Position numbers and translations under genes: made by a program
The notes under the pieces: model-generated
Told to the model about the DNA's origin: nothing
What the model saw: only the letters and a program-made list of their open reading frames with translations
The model's database searches: none
Sequence record: MT446421.1
Reading direction: 5' to 3' (one strand)
Length of the DNA stretch: 64,000 nt
Source: Escherichia virus TH55
Shown: positions 17,865-26,794 of the stretch, one piece after another
Numbering within the stretch: position 1 is the first letter of the stretch
Layout of the letters: each line of letters opens with the position of its first letter

Positions 17865-17893
17865 ATCATAACTCATTTCAATCTGCTTGTACA
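17865..17893 (-). promoter_or_regulatory. T4-type early promoter (regB)
   Basis: Minus strand: -35 TGTACA, 17 nt, -10 TATGAT; 28 nt upstream of regB ATG. Confidence 0.55.
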
Positions 17894-18473
<580 letters not shown>

Positions 18474-18477
<4 letters not shown>

Positions 18478-18692
18478 TTCACTTCCTCATCAGATGCAAT
18501 ATCATATTCTACAAAACGAAGGCCATCATATCCACCCCGAACAGAGATATACGTAGTCGGGTAAACAATTTCTTTACCATTCCATTGGCCACCGTCCCAA
18601 CATTCCATAAAGCCTTGTTCGCCCTGTTCGTGGAACCAGTCAACAAACATCTTCAGAGCTTCTTCAGAACCTTCAATAGTCAATTTAGACAT
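18474..18692 (-). CDS. hypothetical protein (72 aa)
   Basis: Minus-strand ORF, ATGA coupling. Confidence 0.45.
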
Positions 18693-18981
18693 ATTTTTTC
18701 CAGTCAGAAATCATGTGAATCTCCTGGTCATATGCCAGGAGACTGCGAGTAATAATACCCTTACAAGGTCCAGAAATAAATTCCAGAGTAAAGTAAGGAA
18801 CCTGTTTCATTAATCGGATACTTGGAGCATGACATCTAAAACGAGAGCCCTTAAAGGGCCCTGACATGAATACATATTCTAATGGATAGAAATAAGCATA
18901 TTCAAAATTAACGGTAAGGTCCTCTCTTCGGACCTTACGTGAGAAATAGCAAAACTCAAAAAGTTCTTCATCAGTCATCAT
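18685..18981 (-). CDS. hypothetical protein (98 aa)
   Basis: Minus-strand ORF. Confidence 0.45.
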   Translation of the reverse strand: MMTDEELFEFCYFSRKVRREDLTVNFEYAYFYPLEYVFMSGPFKGSRFRCHAPSIRLMKQVPYFTLEFISGPCKGIITRSLLAYDQEIHMISDWKKYV

Positions 18982-19505
18982 TGCATTCCTATCACAAAGA
19001 ACAACGGCAAAGGCTTATCACCTTGACACATAAATTTATTCATCATTACCTGATAAGCTTCATAGAACTTATCCATTGCAGGGAGGCGAATAGGTTCTTC
19101 AATAATGATTAAAAGACGCGTAAAACGCAATCCACGGTACTTATGGAAATTATCTTCATCAAGGAAACTGCGTACAGTATCATAGACAACGAATCCAGGT
19201 CGTTCAACTTGAAGATGTGGTTGTGCCTTAGAAACCCGCTTTATTATATTACAGATTTCTCGTGAGCGATGCGAAGAACTCGACATAACAATCACATCAT
19301 TACCTTTAGAAACCCAATCCGCAGCAAACTGCGCAATAGCACTTGTTTTACCTGTTTGTCTTCCACCATCAAGTCTAAGAGTACCAAACTCTTGCATTCT
19401 TGAAGCGGGTTCATACCAGGTGTATTGGTCTGAATCTAAACGTTCAATGGCGCGTTCAGCGAAGGCGTGCATTAAGGTTAGATAAATGGGAGTTAAAAAT
19501 TTCAT
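18978..19505 (-). CDS. small P-loop NTPase-like protein (175 aa)
   Basis: Walker A GGRQTGKTS and Walker-B-like LLIIIEEP; possible early promoter at 19541-19570. Confidence 0.5.
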   Translation of the reverse strand: MKFLTPIYLTLMHAFAERAIERLDSDQYTWYEPASRMQEFGTLRLDGGRQTGKTSAIAQFAADWVSKGNDVIVMSSSSHRSREICNIIKRVSKAQPHLQVERPGFVVYDTVRSFLDEDNFHKYRGLRFTRLLIIIEEPIRLPAMDKFYEAYQVMMNKFMCQGDKPLPLFFVIGMQ

Positions 19506-19540
19506 AGTTGTCTCTTAATTGTGGGGCCATTCCTTGGCAC

Positions 19541-19570
19541 ATTAATTCGTCCATGTATCCGTATGTAAAC
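19541..19570 (-). promoter_or_regulatory. possible T4-type early promoter
   Basis: Minus strand: -35 GTTTACA, 17 nt, -10 ATTAAT (weak); in 161-bp ORF-free gap upstream of 18978-19505. Confidence 0.4.
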
Positions 19571-19666
19571 CCTTTACCGCACTTGGGCTCGACCTTATTA
19601 CAGGTAGGGAAAGGTCCATCACTCAGAGGACGCGACGTTCATGAGGAGAGGGCCGGCTTGCCTTTA

Positions 19667-19966
19667 TTAGAAAGAACCAGAACCTTTAATTGTGTTCTGG
19701 CGACCTTTATTTTCTAATTCAGAATGGTCGATTTCGTATGCTTGTGCTACACCAAAGGCCTTTTTAACTTTAGCTAAAGAGCCTTTAGATGTGACAATAT
19801 TAAAAGTATTGCCTTTAGTAAAATCAACCAAATCCACTTGTACACCCTGTTTACCGAGGCTTGCTACAATAGCATCAACATATTGTTGGTCTAAATTGCC
19901 CTGGACTCCGATTTGAAATGCTTTGGGAGCTTTGGCTTCAGTAATAAATTCTTGATAAGTTTTCAT
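19667..19966 (-). CDS. internal-protein-like capsid-targeted protein (about 99 aa)
   Basis: Start at M14 gives N-terminus MKTYQEFITEA, the capsid targeting sequence of T4 internal proteins; early promoter 19997-20026 upstream. Confidence 0.6.
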   Translation of the reverse strand: MKTYQEFITEAKAPKAFQIGVQGNLDQQYVDAIVASLGKQGVQVDLVDFTKGNTFNIVTSKGSLAKVKKAFGVAQAYEIDHSELENKGRQNTIKGSGSF

Positions 19967-19996
19967 TTTATATTCCATTGTTTGGTTAATAAAATC

Positions 19997-20026
19997 ATTA
20001 TACAACCTTTTTAGTTAAGCGTACAC
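19997..20026 (-). promoter_or_regulatory. T4-type early promoter
   Basis: Minus strand: -35 TGTACG/GTGTAC, 17-18 nt, -10 TATAAT; upstream of MKTYQEF start at 19966. Confidence 0.5.
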
Positions 20027-20431
20027 AGCTTTCCCATAGTATTTGTACCAAGCAGGCTTTTGAGAAATTTTCTCATTCAGTCTAGCTTGACTGATTTCAA
20101 TTGACCAGATTGATGGTTGATAATCATTCTTCCATTCATCAGGAATATCAGTTAAATCTTGGGTAGAAATATCTTTTATGTTAAACCCTCGCTTTAAACA
20201 TTCCGCAATAAGTTCTTGATGCCGGTTTTTAAGGAACAAAAGCTTATCATAAAAGAAGGTGACATGACCAGTCCCTAAAAGGAAAGATGATGGGATTTTA
20301 AAGTCAGAAACCTTTTTACCATTTTGTACATGCTTACGAACAGCACCAAACACGCGAGGAAGCTCACGATATTCAGCCATAAGATGTTGGTCAGCGAGTT
20401 CAGATACCAGGGTTAAGTTAATGCGAGTCAT
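20015..20431 (-). CDS. denV: endonuclease V (pyrimidine dimer DNA glycosylase)
   Basis: 138 aa; near-identical to remembered T4 DenV ([35 protein letters not shown]...[11 protein letters not shown]). Confidence 0.95.
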   Translation of the reverse strand: MTRINLTLVSELADQHLMAEYRELPRVFGAVRKHVQNGKKVSDFKIPSSFLLGTGHVTFFYDKLLFLKNRHQELIAECLKRGFNIKDISTQDLTDIPDEWKNDYQPSIWSIEISQARLNEKISQKPAWYKYYGKAVYA

Positions 20432-20457
20432 GTTTGTTCTCCGTAGTTGATAGGGTC

Positions 20458-20486
20458 ATTATAACCCTATCATTTGGAGATGTACA
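20458..20486 (-). promoter_or_regulatory. T4-type early promoter (denV)
   Basis: Minus strand: -35 TGTACA, 17 nt, -10 TATAAT lying in loop of palindrome ATAGGGT/ACCCTAT. Confidence 0.6.
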
Positions 20487-20756
20487 TCATTTCTTAGAGT
20501 ATTGACCCATAAGTTTAGCGATATCACCCAATTTCTGATTAAACAAATAATCCACTTCTTTGCCAGATTTATCTACAATTTGCCACTGACCATTTCCTTT
20601 GTTGCCAAAGGTCCAATCACCGACTTTAAATGAAGTTCCATTAACTTTTTTAATAGAAGTAAACTCAAAGCCTTCTTTCTTAGCTAAAAATGCCATGCGG
20701 CTTTCATCTGATTCATTTAATACAGATTCAGCCAAAAATTCTTGATACGTTTTCAT
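20487..20756 (-). CDS. internal protein II-like capsid-targeted protein
   Basis: 89 aa; N-terminal MKTYQEFLAES capsid targeting sequence; between denV and e as ipII/ipIII in T4. Confidence 0.7.
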   Translation of the reverse strand: MKTYQEFLAESVLNESDESRMAFLAKKEGFEFTSIKKVNGTSFKVGDWTFGNKGNGQWQIVDKSGKEVDYLFNQKLGDIAKLMGQYSKK

Positions 20757-20764
20757 ATTTTACC

Positions 20765-21256
20765 TTATTTGTATGCGTCAAAAGTTCCGGTGCGGAAAGT
20801 TTCAATAACTCGTTTAGCCCGGTTCGGAGTCTGGACTTTATACCATCTTGAGTCTGCCAGTTCCTTGGCAGCCGCTTCCCATGATTTAGCCTTCAGCAAT
20901 CGCATACCCTTAGGAAAACCCGCAACACCAGCAACACCCATCTGGAATACCATATTAATGAGTGCACAACGACGAACTTCATCAAGTACATCATAAACAG
21001 GTTTTAAGACAGGATGTCTCAAGATTCCGGCTTTAGCCTTTTCGACCGAACGGTTAAACAGTGTTTCGGCTTCGTGTTGGGTTATACGACCATTACAGAC
21101 GCGACCCATGAGCTTATCGAGCTCGGCGCGAGCAACATCTTTAGATGGGTTCTTAGTTATCAGTTGCCCGATGCCAATGGTCCAATAGCCTTCAGTATCT
21201 TTATACAAATCCAACTTACAACCTTCATCTATGCGTAACATTTCGAATATATTCAT
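20765..21256 (-). CDS. e: lysozyme (endolysin, T4 e)
   Basis: 163 aa; [12 protein letters not shown]...[13 protein letters not shown]...[12 protein letters not shown]...[19 protein letters not shown] matches T4 lysozyme. Confidence 0.95.
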   Translation of the reverse strand: MNIFEMLRIDEGCKLDLYKDTEGYWTIGIGQLITKNPSKDVARAELDKLMGRVCNGRITQHEAETLFNRSVEKAKAGILRHPVLKPVYDVLDEVRRCALINMVFQMGVAGVAGFPKGMRLLKAKSWEAAAKELADSRWYKVQTPNRAKRVIETFRTGTFDAYK

Positions 21257-21282
21257 AATACCCCCTTATATAGGGGTATTTA

Positions 21283-21741
21283 TTATCCGAAAATTTGAGT
21301 CATTACCTTGTACATCGATTTGCCCATCACATACTGCCATTGACTCGGTTTAATCAGAGCAAATGCATCGAACTCTGGAACCGAACTACCATCCGGGAAG
21401 GTATGATAGGCAGAGCATTTACTATGTCTAAACTGCTCATGCTCAACCGGAACCGTGTACAAAAACAGGTGAAGATTTTTGTTATCTGAATAACGGAACT
21501 CACCCAGGTCCTTTAAGAATGCCGGGTCGTATTGGGTAAACCCGGTTTCTTCTTCGGTTTCACGGATAGCCGCTTCAATCGGGGATTCACCAGCTTCAAC
21601 ATGGCCCTTAGGGATGTCCCATTTATGTGCAGGCATACCTGGTTTACGAGAACAAGTCACACGACCCATGAATAACTCTTTATCTTCAGTCATGAAAATA
21701 ATGCCAGCAGATAATTCTTTCACCTTGTTTTTCTTACTCAT
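21283..21741 (-). CDS. nudE: Nudix hydrolase
   Basis: From M12 about 152 aa; Nudix box GHVEAGESPIEAAIRETEEETG; position downstream of e as T4 nudE. Confidence 0.8.
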   Translation of the reverse strand: MSKKNKVKELSAGIIFMTEDKELFMGRVTCSRKPGMPAHKWDIPKGHVEAGESPIEAAIRETEEETGFTQYDPAFLKDLGEFRYSDNKNLHLFLYTVPVEHEQFRHSKCSAYHTFPDGSSVPEFDAFALIKPSQWQYVMGKSMYKVMTQIFG

Positions 21742-21970
21742 CGTCACGTTTCCATGATTGGTTAAAAATATCACTCATTAAAAATTCAAGTCTATTTTCC
21801 AATGAAGGGCTTTCACTACTAGAAACTTGAACCATGTAGTCGGAAATAGGTCGGAACATATCCAAGTCAGTTTCTAAATCATCTTTGATTTTCTCTTCTG
21901 ATGTACCTGTATCATAGGAATACAGATAAGAATCACATGACTCTGATTTAATATAAATTGCAATACTCAT
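21734..21970 (-). CDS. hypothetical acidic protein (78 aa)
   Basis: Minus-strand ORF, ATGA coupling. Confidence 0.45.
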   Translation of the reverse strand: MSIAIYIKSESCDSYLYSYDTGTSEEKIKDDLETDLDMFRPISDYMVQVSSSESPSLENRLEFLMSDIFNQSWKRDDE

Positions 21971-22554
21971 TTACGGCATTCCTCAATAAAGGAGTTCAAT
22001 GTATTTTTCTTAGTGATATCGTCATATACCTTTTTAACTTTAGAAATACGAAAAGGTACTTCAATAACCATAGTCCATAAAAATGATGCAATAAGTCCAG
22101 CAAGAGCAGTAGAAAAGCACGCACCCATTACAGCTACGGGTGCTTCATTTTTGCCTGTCAAGAAAAACCACAGGAATGGTAAAAATAAGATTCCAGCCCA
22201 GGCATAAAACCTGGAACAAATTAACTTATCAAATTCATCACTCCAGGTACGAAATCCATATTTCTTGCTATAAGAAATTAATGGGTCGGGTGTCTGTTCT
22301 TTGAGTGGTTCTGGTTGATACCCATTAATGATATATCCCATTTTATATTCCTTAATTAAAAGCTCTTTCACATGACGATTGCATCGCGACCAATCAACAT
22401 TTTCCACCTTGATTCCTTCATCACCATCATCAAGGTTCGCCCAATATTTTTTGGTAATCATAAATTCATCTCTTGATACAATTATACCTGCATTTTCCGA
22501 CCGACGGATGAAGTTTACATCAACACCCATACAACCCGGCTCATAAAGGGCCAT
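21967..22554 (-). CDS. membrane protein with C-terminal FIEECRK tail (195 aa)
   Basis: Two TM helices in C-terminal half; C-terminus ...NTLNSFIEECRK shared with three other ORFs here. Confidence 0.5.
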   Translation of the reverse strand: MALYEPGCMGVDVNFIRRSENAGIIVSRDEFMITKKYWANLDDGDEGIKVENVDWSRCNRHVKELLIKEYKMGYIINGYQPEPLKEQTPDPLISYSKKYGFRTWSDEFDKLICSRFYAWAGILFLPFLWFFLTGKNEAPVAVMGACFSTALAGLIASFLWTMVIEVPFRISKVKKVYDDITKKNTLNSFIEECRK

Positions 22555-23240
22555 TACCAGCCCTCCATAGGGAATTCCAGATATACTTGAGCATTAACGC
22601 GGATTTCATTTGTAATCTTTTTAACACGGTCGGTATTACGAGACACACGACCAAACCAGCGCCAACCGTTACTTACTGCGCGAGAACCTGTATGCCATGT
22701 CTGCCAATCAAACTGGAGCAACGTGCGGTCAGGAGCATCCCACTTGGCTAATTCATTGGACTCAATTTTTTCCAGAACTTCTTTATGCCACTGACGATAG
22801 ATAAGTTCGCCTTCAGGAATCTGACTAAATTGTGCAGTTCCGGTTGCAAAATAAGTAGGACACACATCAGCGTTAACAAGACCAAGAATATGTTCAGAAT
22901 GGTAACGAGGATTATCATAATCAGGTTGCCCTGCAGTAATAAAGTGTTGACCAACCGGAATATCCGGGCGTGGTACATCGTCATGGTGATAACCTGGGAT
23001 AGCAGGATACCAACCAGGCATCAGCATATGAACCCGAGAATCAAATACAACCTGGTCGGTGTTCCAATCATCCGGCAGACTCATAATAAAGCTACGAGTA
23101 ATAGGACCGCCATTGTCAAAAGCGAAAGCCAATGAGCTGTTGAAGAACATAGTTTCGTTTTTGATTTTATCATTAGAAATTTTACCAGCGAAACTGCCTA
23201 CTGCATGAGCTTGAGAATTAAAAGTTTTTGGACCGTTCAT
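22554..23240 (-). CDS. hypothetical protein (228 aa)
   Basis: Minus-strand ORF; His/Trp/Pro-rich; possible weak early promoter upstream. Confidence 0.5.
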   Translation of the reverse strand: MNGPKTFNSQAHAVGSFAGKISNDKIKNETMFFNSSLAFAFDNGGPITRSFIMSLPDDWNTDQVVFDSRVHMLMPGWYPAIPGYHHDDVPRPDIPVGQHFITAGQPDYDNPRYHSEHILGLVNADVCPTYFATGTAQFSQIPEGELIYRQWHKEVLEKIESNELAKWDAPDRTLLQFDWQTWHTGSRAVSNGWRWFGRVSRNTDRVKKITNEIRVNAQVYLEFPMEGW

Positions 23241-23299
23241 AATATTTTCCTCATTGATTGTGGGACCATTGTGTCATAGTCCCACTTGGATGTACACAC

Positions 23300-24280
23300 T
23301 TATTTTTCGAAAGGACGAATTAAATGTTGGTTAGCCTTGAAACGTTTAACATAGTCTTCGTGACCCAGGGTGTTGTACATATTAACCACTTCCTGGTAAT
23401 GTTCCCAGGCATACTCGCGGAACCATCCAGAAGTAATGGAGGTGCAGACTTTTTCCAGCGCAATATGGAAGCTCACGGATGGAGAGATATTGAACTCATT
23501 GGGAACCTGCGAACGCTCCAGAGCGAGTACACATGCTTCTTCATAAACCCCTGCCAGTTTAATAATCTCAGGGAGTGCTTCAAATTTTTCACGCGAGGTC
23601 ATAACTTCTGAATCATCTTTCATATAGAACTTATATGCAGGCTTATCAGCAAGCGCCACGGCCTCGTGGATGGAGTCATGGTCAAGGGTATAGATTGTAT
23701 CATTAAAGAAAGTTTTCTTGCCCACGTCTAGTTTAGGGTGACTATATGACAATGTTTCTGCCTGGCGCTGCAGCATGATTTTATGCAGTTCGTCATTAAG
23801 AACAACCCCCTTATTGCGAAGGTAATTAATATGACTCATGGTCTTCAGGAAGAATGGATTGTTCTTCAGGTAACGATGAGACAATTTAATTGCCAGACAA
23901 ATATCAGGAGTCGCCCAGTAAAAACCAGATAGACGGTCTTTCTGAATATTTGCCTTCGCATATTTGAGTAAACGATAACTGGAGGTAAAATCTTCCTCTT
24001 GTAGCTCATCAGTCAGCTCACGAACACTTGTCAATGCGCGGACGATGTACGCTTCAAAATAGGTTTCTTTACCATTGTGCATACATTTAAAAGCTTGAAC
24101 ATCTGGGTTATCCACATGCACATGTTGTCCCATCATCTGGGTTTTAAAGCTATTCCAGGAGCCCTGGTCAGCGATAAAGTCCCAATCAGAGTTTTCAATT
24201 TTCTGACTTTCAATCAGACCAGCGTTATGTAATGCACGAGAACCAATAACTAACATCATAATATTTTCCTCAAATAACAC
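23300..24280 (-). CDS. hypothetical protein (326 aa), weak nucleotidyltransferase-like N-terminus
   Basis: N-terminal LVIGSRALHNAG...SDWDF loosely resembles GS...DxD nucleotidyltransferase motif (spacing atypical). Confidence 0.5.
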   Translation of the reverse strand: MLFEENIMMLVIGSRALHNAGLIESQKIENSDWDFIADQGSWNSFKTQMMGQHVHVDNPDVQAFKCMHNGKETYFEAYIVRALTSVRELTDELQEEDFTSSYRLLKYAKANIQKDRLSGFYWATPDICLAIKLSHRYLKNNPFFLKTMSHINYLRNKGVVLNDELHKIMLQRQAETLSYSHPKLDVGKKTFFNDTIYTLDHDSIHEAVALADKPAYKFYMKDDSEVMTSREKFEALPEIIKLAGVYEEACVLALERSQVPNEFNISPSVSFHIALEKVCTSITSGWFREYAWEHYQEVVNMYNTLGHEDYVKRFKANQHLIRPFEK

Positions 24281-24511
24281 TTAAATTTCAGCAGCAGAGA
24301 TATTAGATTCATCTATCATCTCAGAGGCGGACCCCTTAACGATAGGAACCAATTTGCCATAGAGGTCTTCATTATAAGGGTCGTTGATACAGTGTGCATC
24401 TTCAAAACGAACACCGTAATCAGACTTCTTATAAACGAGACCGTAAATCTTTGTAAACTTAGCACGACTAATTTTTACAGGCTCATCAGTCATTGGGGCG
24501 TAATACCACAT
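24281..24511 (-). CDS. hypothetical protein (76 aa)
   Basis: Preceded by early promoter 24540-24568 and SD GAGGA. Confidence 0.45.
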   Translation of the reverse strand: MWYYAPMTDEPVKISRAKFTKIYGLVYKKSDYGVRFEDAHCINDPYNEDLYGKLVPIVKGSASEMIDESNISAAEI

Positions 24512-24539
24512 AATGTTTTCCTCATTAGTTGACGAAATA

Positions 24540-24568
24540 ATGATACTACATTTCTTTAGGCTTGTACA
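24540..24568 (-). promoter_or_regulatory. T4-type early promoter
   Basis: Minus strand: -35 TGTACA, 17 nt, -10 TATCAT; upstream of 24281-24511. Confidence 0.55.
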
Positions 24569-24614
24569 CTAAATTTCTGCACATAAGTCCTCCTATCACA
24601 TCCTTGTGATTAAA

Positions 24615-24842
24615 TTATTTTCCTAACGAAATACGAGTAGGTTTTTTACCGAAATATTCTTCATAGGAACCATCTAAACGACCTGCTTTAGACCGACAGT
24701 ATGAATCATACTTTTTGTAATAAGTCAACTCTGTATTGTAACGTGGATGTCTATCAGCCATAATAATACTTAACGGCCAGCCTTTAGCATAATCGATAAG
24801 ACCATTTATTTTACGAATATATCTTTTCTTTAATTTTAGCAT
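24615..24842 (-). CDS. hypothetical basic protein (75 aa)
   Basis: Minus-strand ORF. Confidence 0.4.
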   Translation of the reverse strand: MLKLKKRYIRKINGLIDYAKGWPLSIIMADRHPRYNTELTYYKKYDSYCRSKAGRLDGSYEEYFGKKPTRISLGK

Positions 24843-25069
24843 GAGCTTGGGTACCAGATTTTACCATCGGCACGAGCAACGAAGGTGCGACCAGCTTCTT
24901 CACCATAACAAGAGCTGTTCAACCAGTCTTCAAGACGGACTTCGCCGTCATAATCATCAAGCTCGACACCGAAATCTTGAGCAGAAGCCATATCTTTTAC
25001 TTTCTTATACAGCGCGGCCAGTTCAAGGGCAGCTTTTTCTAATTCAGCATGTTCAACAGCAGTAGTCAT
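24836..25069 (-). CDS. small acidic protein, C-terminal W-x-SS-C family member A (77 aa)
   Basis: Ends ...GKIWYPSSC; first of five tandem paralogues. Confidence 0.5.
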   Translation of the reverse strand: MTTAVEHAELEKAALELAALYKKVKDMASAQDFGVELDDYDGEVRLEDWLNSSCYGEEAGRTFVARADGKIWYPSSC

Positions 25070-25078
25070 TTTATCACC

Positions 25079-25309
25079 TTAGCAAGTCATAGAGGAGTTA
25101 AACCAGAAACCCTGGCCATCATTGATGCCGTAATCACTGCGAATCCAGTCATATTCTTCATATTCTTCGCTAGAAGCCGGAATATAACGTTGGAAACGGT
25201 CTGCGGCGTGTAAATTAAAAATTTCACCGGTTTTATCGGCTAACTGCTCACCTTCACAGATTAGTGCACGGATTTGGTCTTCAATTTCTTTAACAGTTTT
25301 AGTAGTCAT
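25079..25309 (-). CDS. small acidic protein, W-x-SS-x-C family member B (76 aa)
   Basis: Ends ...GFWFNSSMTC; helical acidic N-terminus similar to neighbours. Confidence 0.55.
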   Translation of the reverse strand: MTTKTVKEIEDQIRALICEGEQLADKTGEIFNLHAADRFQRYIPASSEEYEEYDWIRSDYGINDGQGFWFNSSMTC

Positions 25310-25318
25310 TTTATAACC

Positions 25319-25516
25319 TTAGCATTCATAAGAGGAGGACACCCAAGAGGTACCGCTAATAGTAATACAACCATTATAAAGCGTAATATGTTGTTCCAGA
25401 TTACGCTGACCGTCAATATAGATATCAGCTTCTTCGCGTTCTTCTTTGCAAATCTGGATAACGTTTTCAATAGCTGCCGCGGCAGTACGGATTGCACAAT
25501 CTAATTCACGAGACAT
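25319..25516 (-). CDS. small acidic protein, W-V-SSS-x-E-C family member C (about 65 aa)
   Basis: Ends ...TSWVSSSYEC; start placed at second ATG preceded by AAGGA. Confidence 0.55.
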   Translation of the reverse strand: MSRELDCAIRTAAAAIENVIQICKEEREEADIYIDGQRNLEQHITLYNGCITISGTSWVSSSYEC

Positions 25517-25524
25517 ATAATTCC

Positions 25525-25806
25525 TTAACATTCAGAAGAGGAGGACACCCAACCGCCATTTTCTAGGTCGGTTGTGTAGTCATGAGTATTAACAATAGCC
25601 CATTCAGGATGACCATCTTCTTCCCAATGAGCAAGGTCAGCTTTCAAGGCGCCAGGAGAATAATAGTCACCGCCCATACCGCGAGCAGGGTATATATTAA
25701 AATGAGTCTCATATTTGTCTGCAATTTCCTCAGCACGGCGAATGGCTTCATGGATTTCTTTTACTGCGGCCAGAAGCTCTGGTTGGTTATGGTTATCATT
25801 CATCAT
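25525..25806 (-). CDS. small acidic protein, W-V-SSS-x-E-C family member D (about 93 aa)
   Basis: Ends ...GGWVSSSSEC; ORF-track frame (160 aa) trimmed to M68 because upstream gene ends at 25808. Confidence 0.55.
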   Translation of the reverse strand: MMNDNHNQPELLAAVKEIHEAIRRAEEIADKYETHFNIYPARGMGGDYYSPGALKADLAHWEEDGHPEWAIVNTHDYTTDLENGGWVSSSSEC

Positions 25807-25807
25807 A

Positions 25808-26098
25808 TTAGCACATCTCAGAAGAGGAAACCCAGGCACCAACAGTAACAACGCCGTTTTCAACTCGCCCGCCGTTGTTTTCAATATGGTGAGCGAACCA
25901 TTCGGAACATTCATAACCAACTGGATGATATGTACGGCCGGTGCCGTAATCACCAGTGCTGAATTCGATACCATATTCATCTGCGATTTCTTCACAGTGT
26001 TTTTCAATTTCAGAGGTCTTATTTAGAAGAGAATAGATGGCTTTTTCTGCAGATTTCTCATCATAATACTTGGGGATAGCAATTTCAATTTTATTCAT
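25808..26098 (-). CDS. small acidic protein, W-V-SSS-x-E-C family member E (96 aa)
   Basis: Ends ...GAWVSSSEMC; shares EEIADxY...F block with member D. Confidence 0.55.
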   Translation of the reverse strand: MNKIEIAIPKYYDEKSAEKAIYSLLNKTSEIEKHCEEIADEYGIEFSTGDYGTGRTYHPVGYECSEWFAHHIENNGGRVENGVVTVGAWVSSSEMC

Positions 26099-26448
26099 GA
26101 TTTACATTCCTTAATAAAGGTTTCAAGGTCATTACGTTTTGTTTTGTCTAGGAACTTATTATACTCAGCCATTGCCAAAGCGTATCTCTTTCGGCTGGGA
26201 GCATTCACGGCATTTGTGTGACAGATATCATACACAACCGGGATAAAATAAGCCACAACAGCCGGAGCAATTATCATAAAGAAGCCCATCTCAATAGGCA
26301 TGACTCCCTCGATTGCAGCCATAACCGTGGTCATTACCAGACCAACCAAACCACCAAGCATGGCAGTGACAATCCCCAATAATAAATTGCCGCCAATATC
26401 ATATTCAGCCAATTGATAAACATGTGATGCAAGACTAGGCCGTTCCAT
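26095..26448 (-). CDS. membrane protein with C-terminal FIKECKS tail (about 117 aa)
   Basis: Two TM helices; C-terminus ...NDLETFIKECKS; start at M32 to limit overlap. Confidence 0.45.
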   Translation of the reverse strand: MERPSLASHVYQLAEYDIGGNLLLGIVTAMLGGLVGLVMTTVMAAIEGVMPIEMGFFMIIAPAVVAYFIPVVYDICHTNAVNAPSRKRYALAMAEYNKFLDKTKRNDLETFIKECKS

Positions 26449-26794
26449 TACGAACCTCCTTAATAAATTCTTCGGCACATTTAATTTTGTGCTCTTCTTG
26501 TAGGGAAACACATTTTTGTTCCCACTCTTTAACTCGTCCACGGTATCCTTTATTCATATGATTTTGATGCCACACATTTATCAAAATCATACTCAGGACT
26601 GTAATAAAAGGAGCTGCGATTATTAGCGCCCAGGCAACTCCAACACTAATGATACTCATATCCCCACAAAGCACCATCATTATAACCCCAACGATGCATA
26701 TGGACAGGGCCCCAAATGCTGGCATAAGGTCTTTATCAATTTTGTCTGCGTATACAAATTTTTCTGGTTTACTTGGCAGATATAACGTTCGCAT
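26435..26794 (-). CDS. membrane protein with C-terminal FIKEVR tail (about 119 aa)
   Basis: Two TM helices; C-terminal ...CAEEFIKEVRNGTA; start ambiguous. Confidence 0.45.
   Translation of the reverse strand: MRTLYLPSKPEKFVYADKIDKDLMPAFGALSICIVGVIMMVLCGDMSIISVGVAWALIIAAPFITVLSMILINVWHQNHMNKGYRGRVKEWEQKCVSLQEEHKIKCAEEFIKEVRNGTA

Noticed and set aside
19677-19700. Hairpin CCAGAAC...GTTCTGG as a terminator
   Set aside because: It lies inside the 3-prime coding region of gene 19667-19966 and has no U-run on the transcribed strand.
23268-23296. Early promoter upstream of 22554-23240
   Set aside because: -35 TGTACA is present but the best -10 at 17-nt spacing is CACAAT; too weak to list as a feature.
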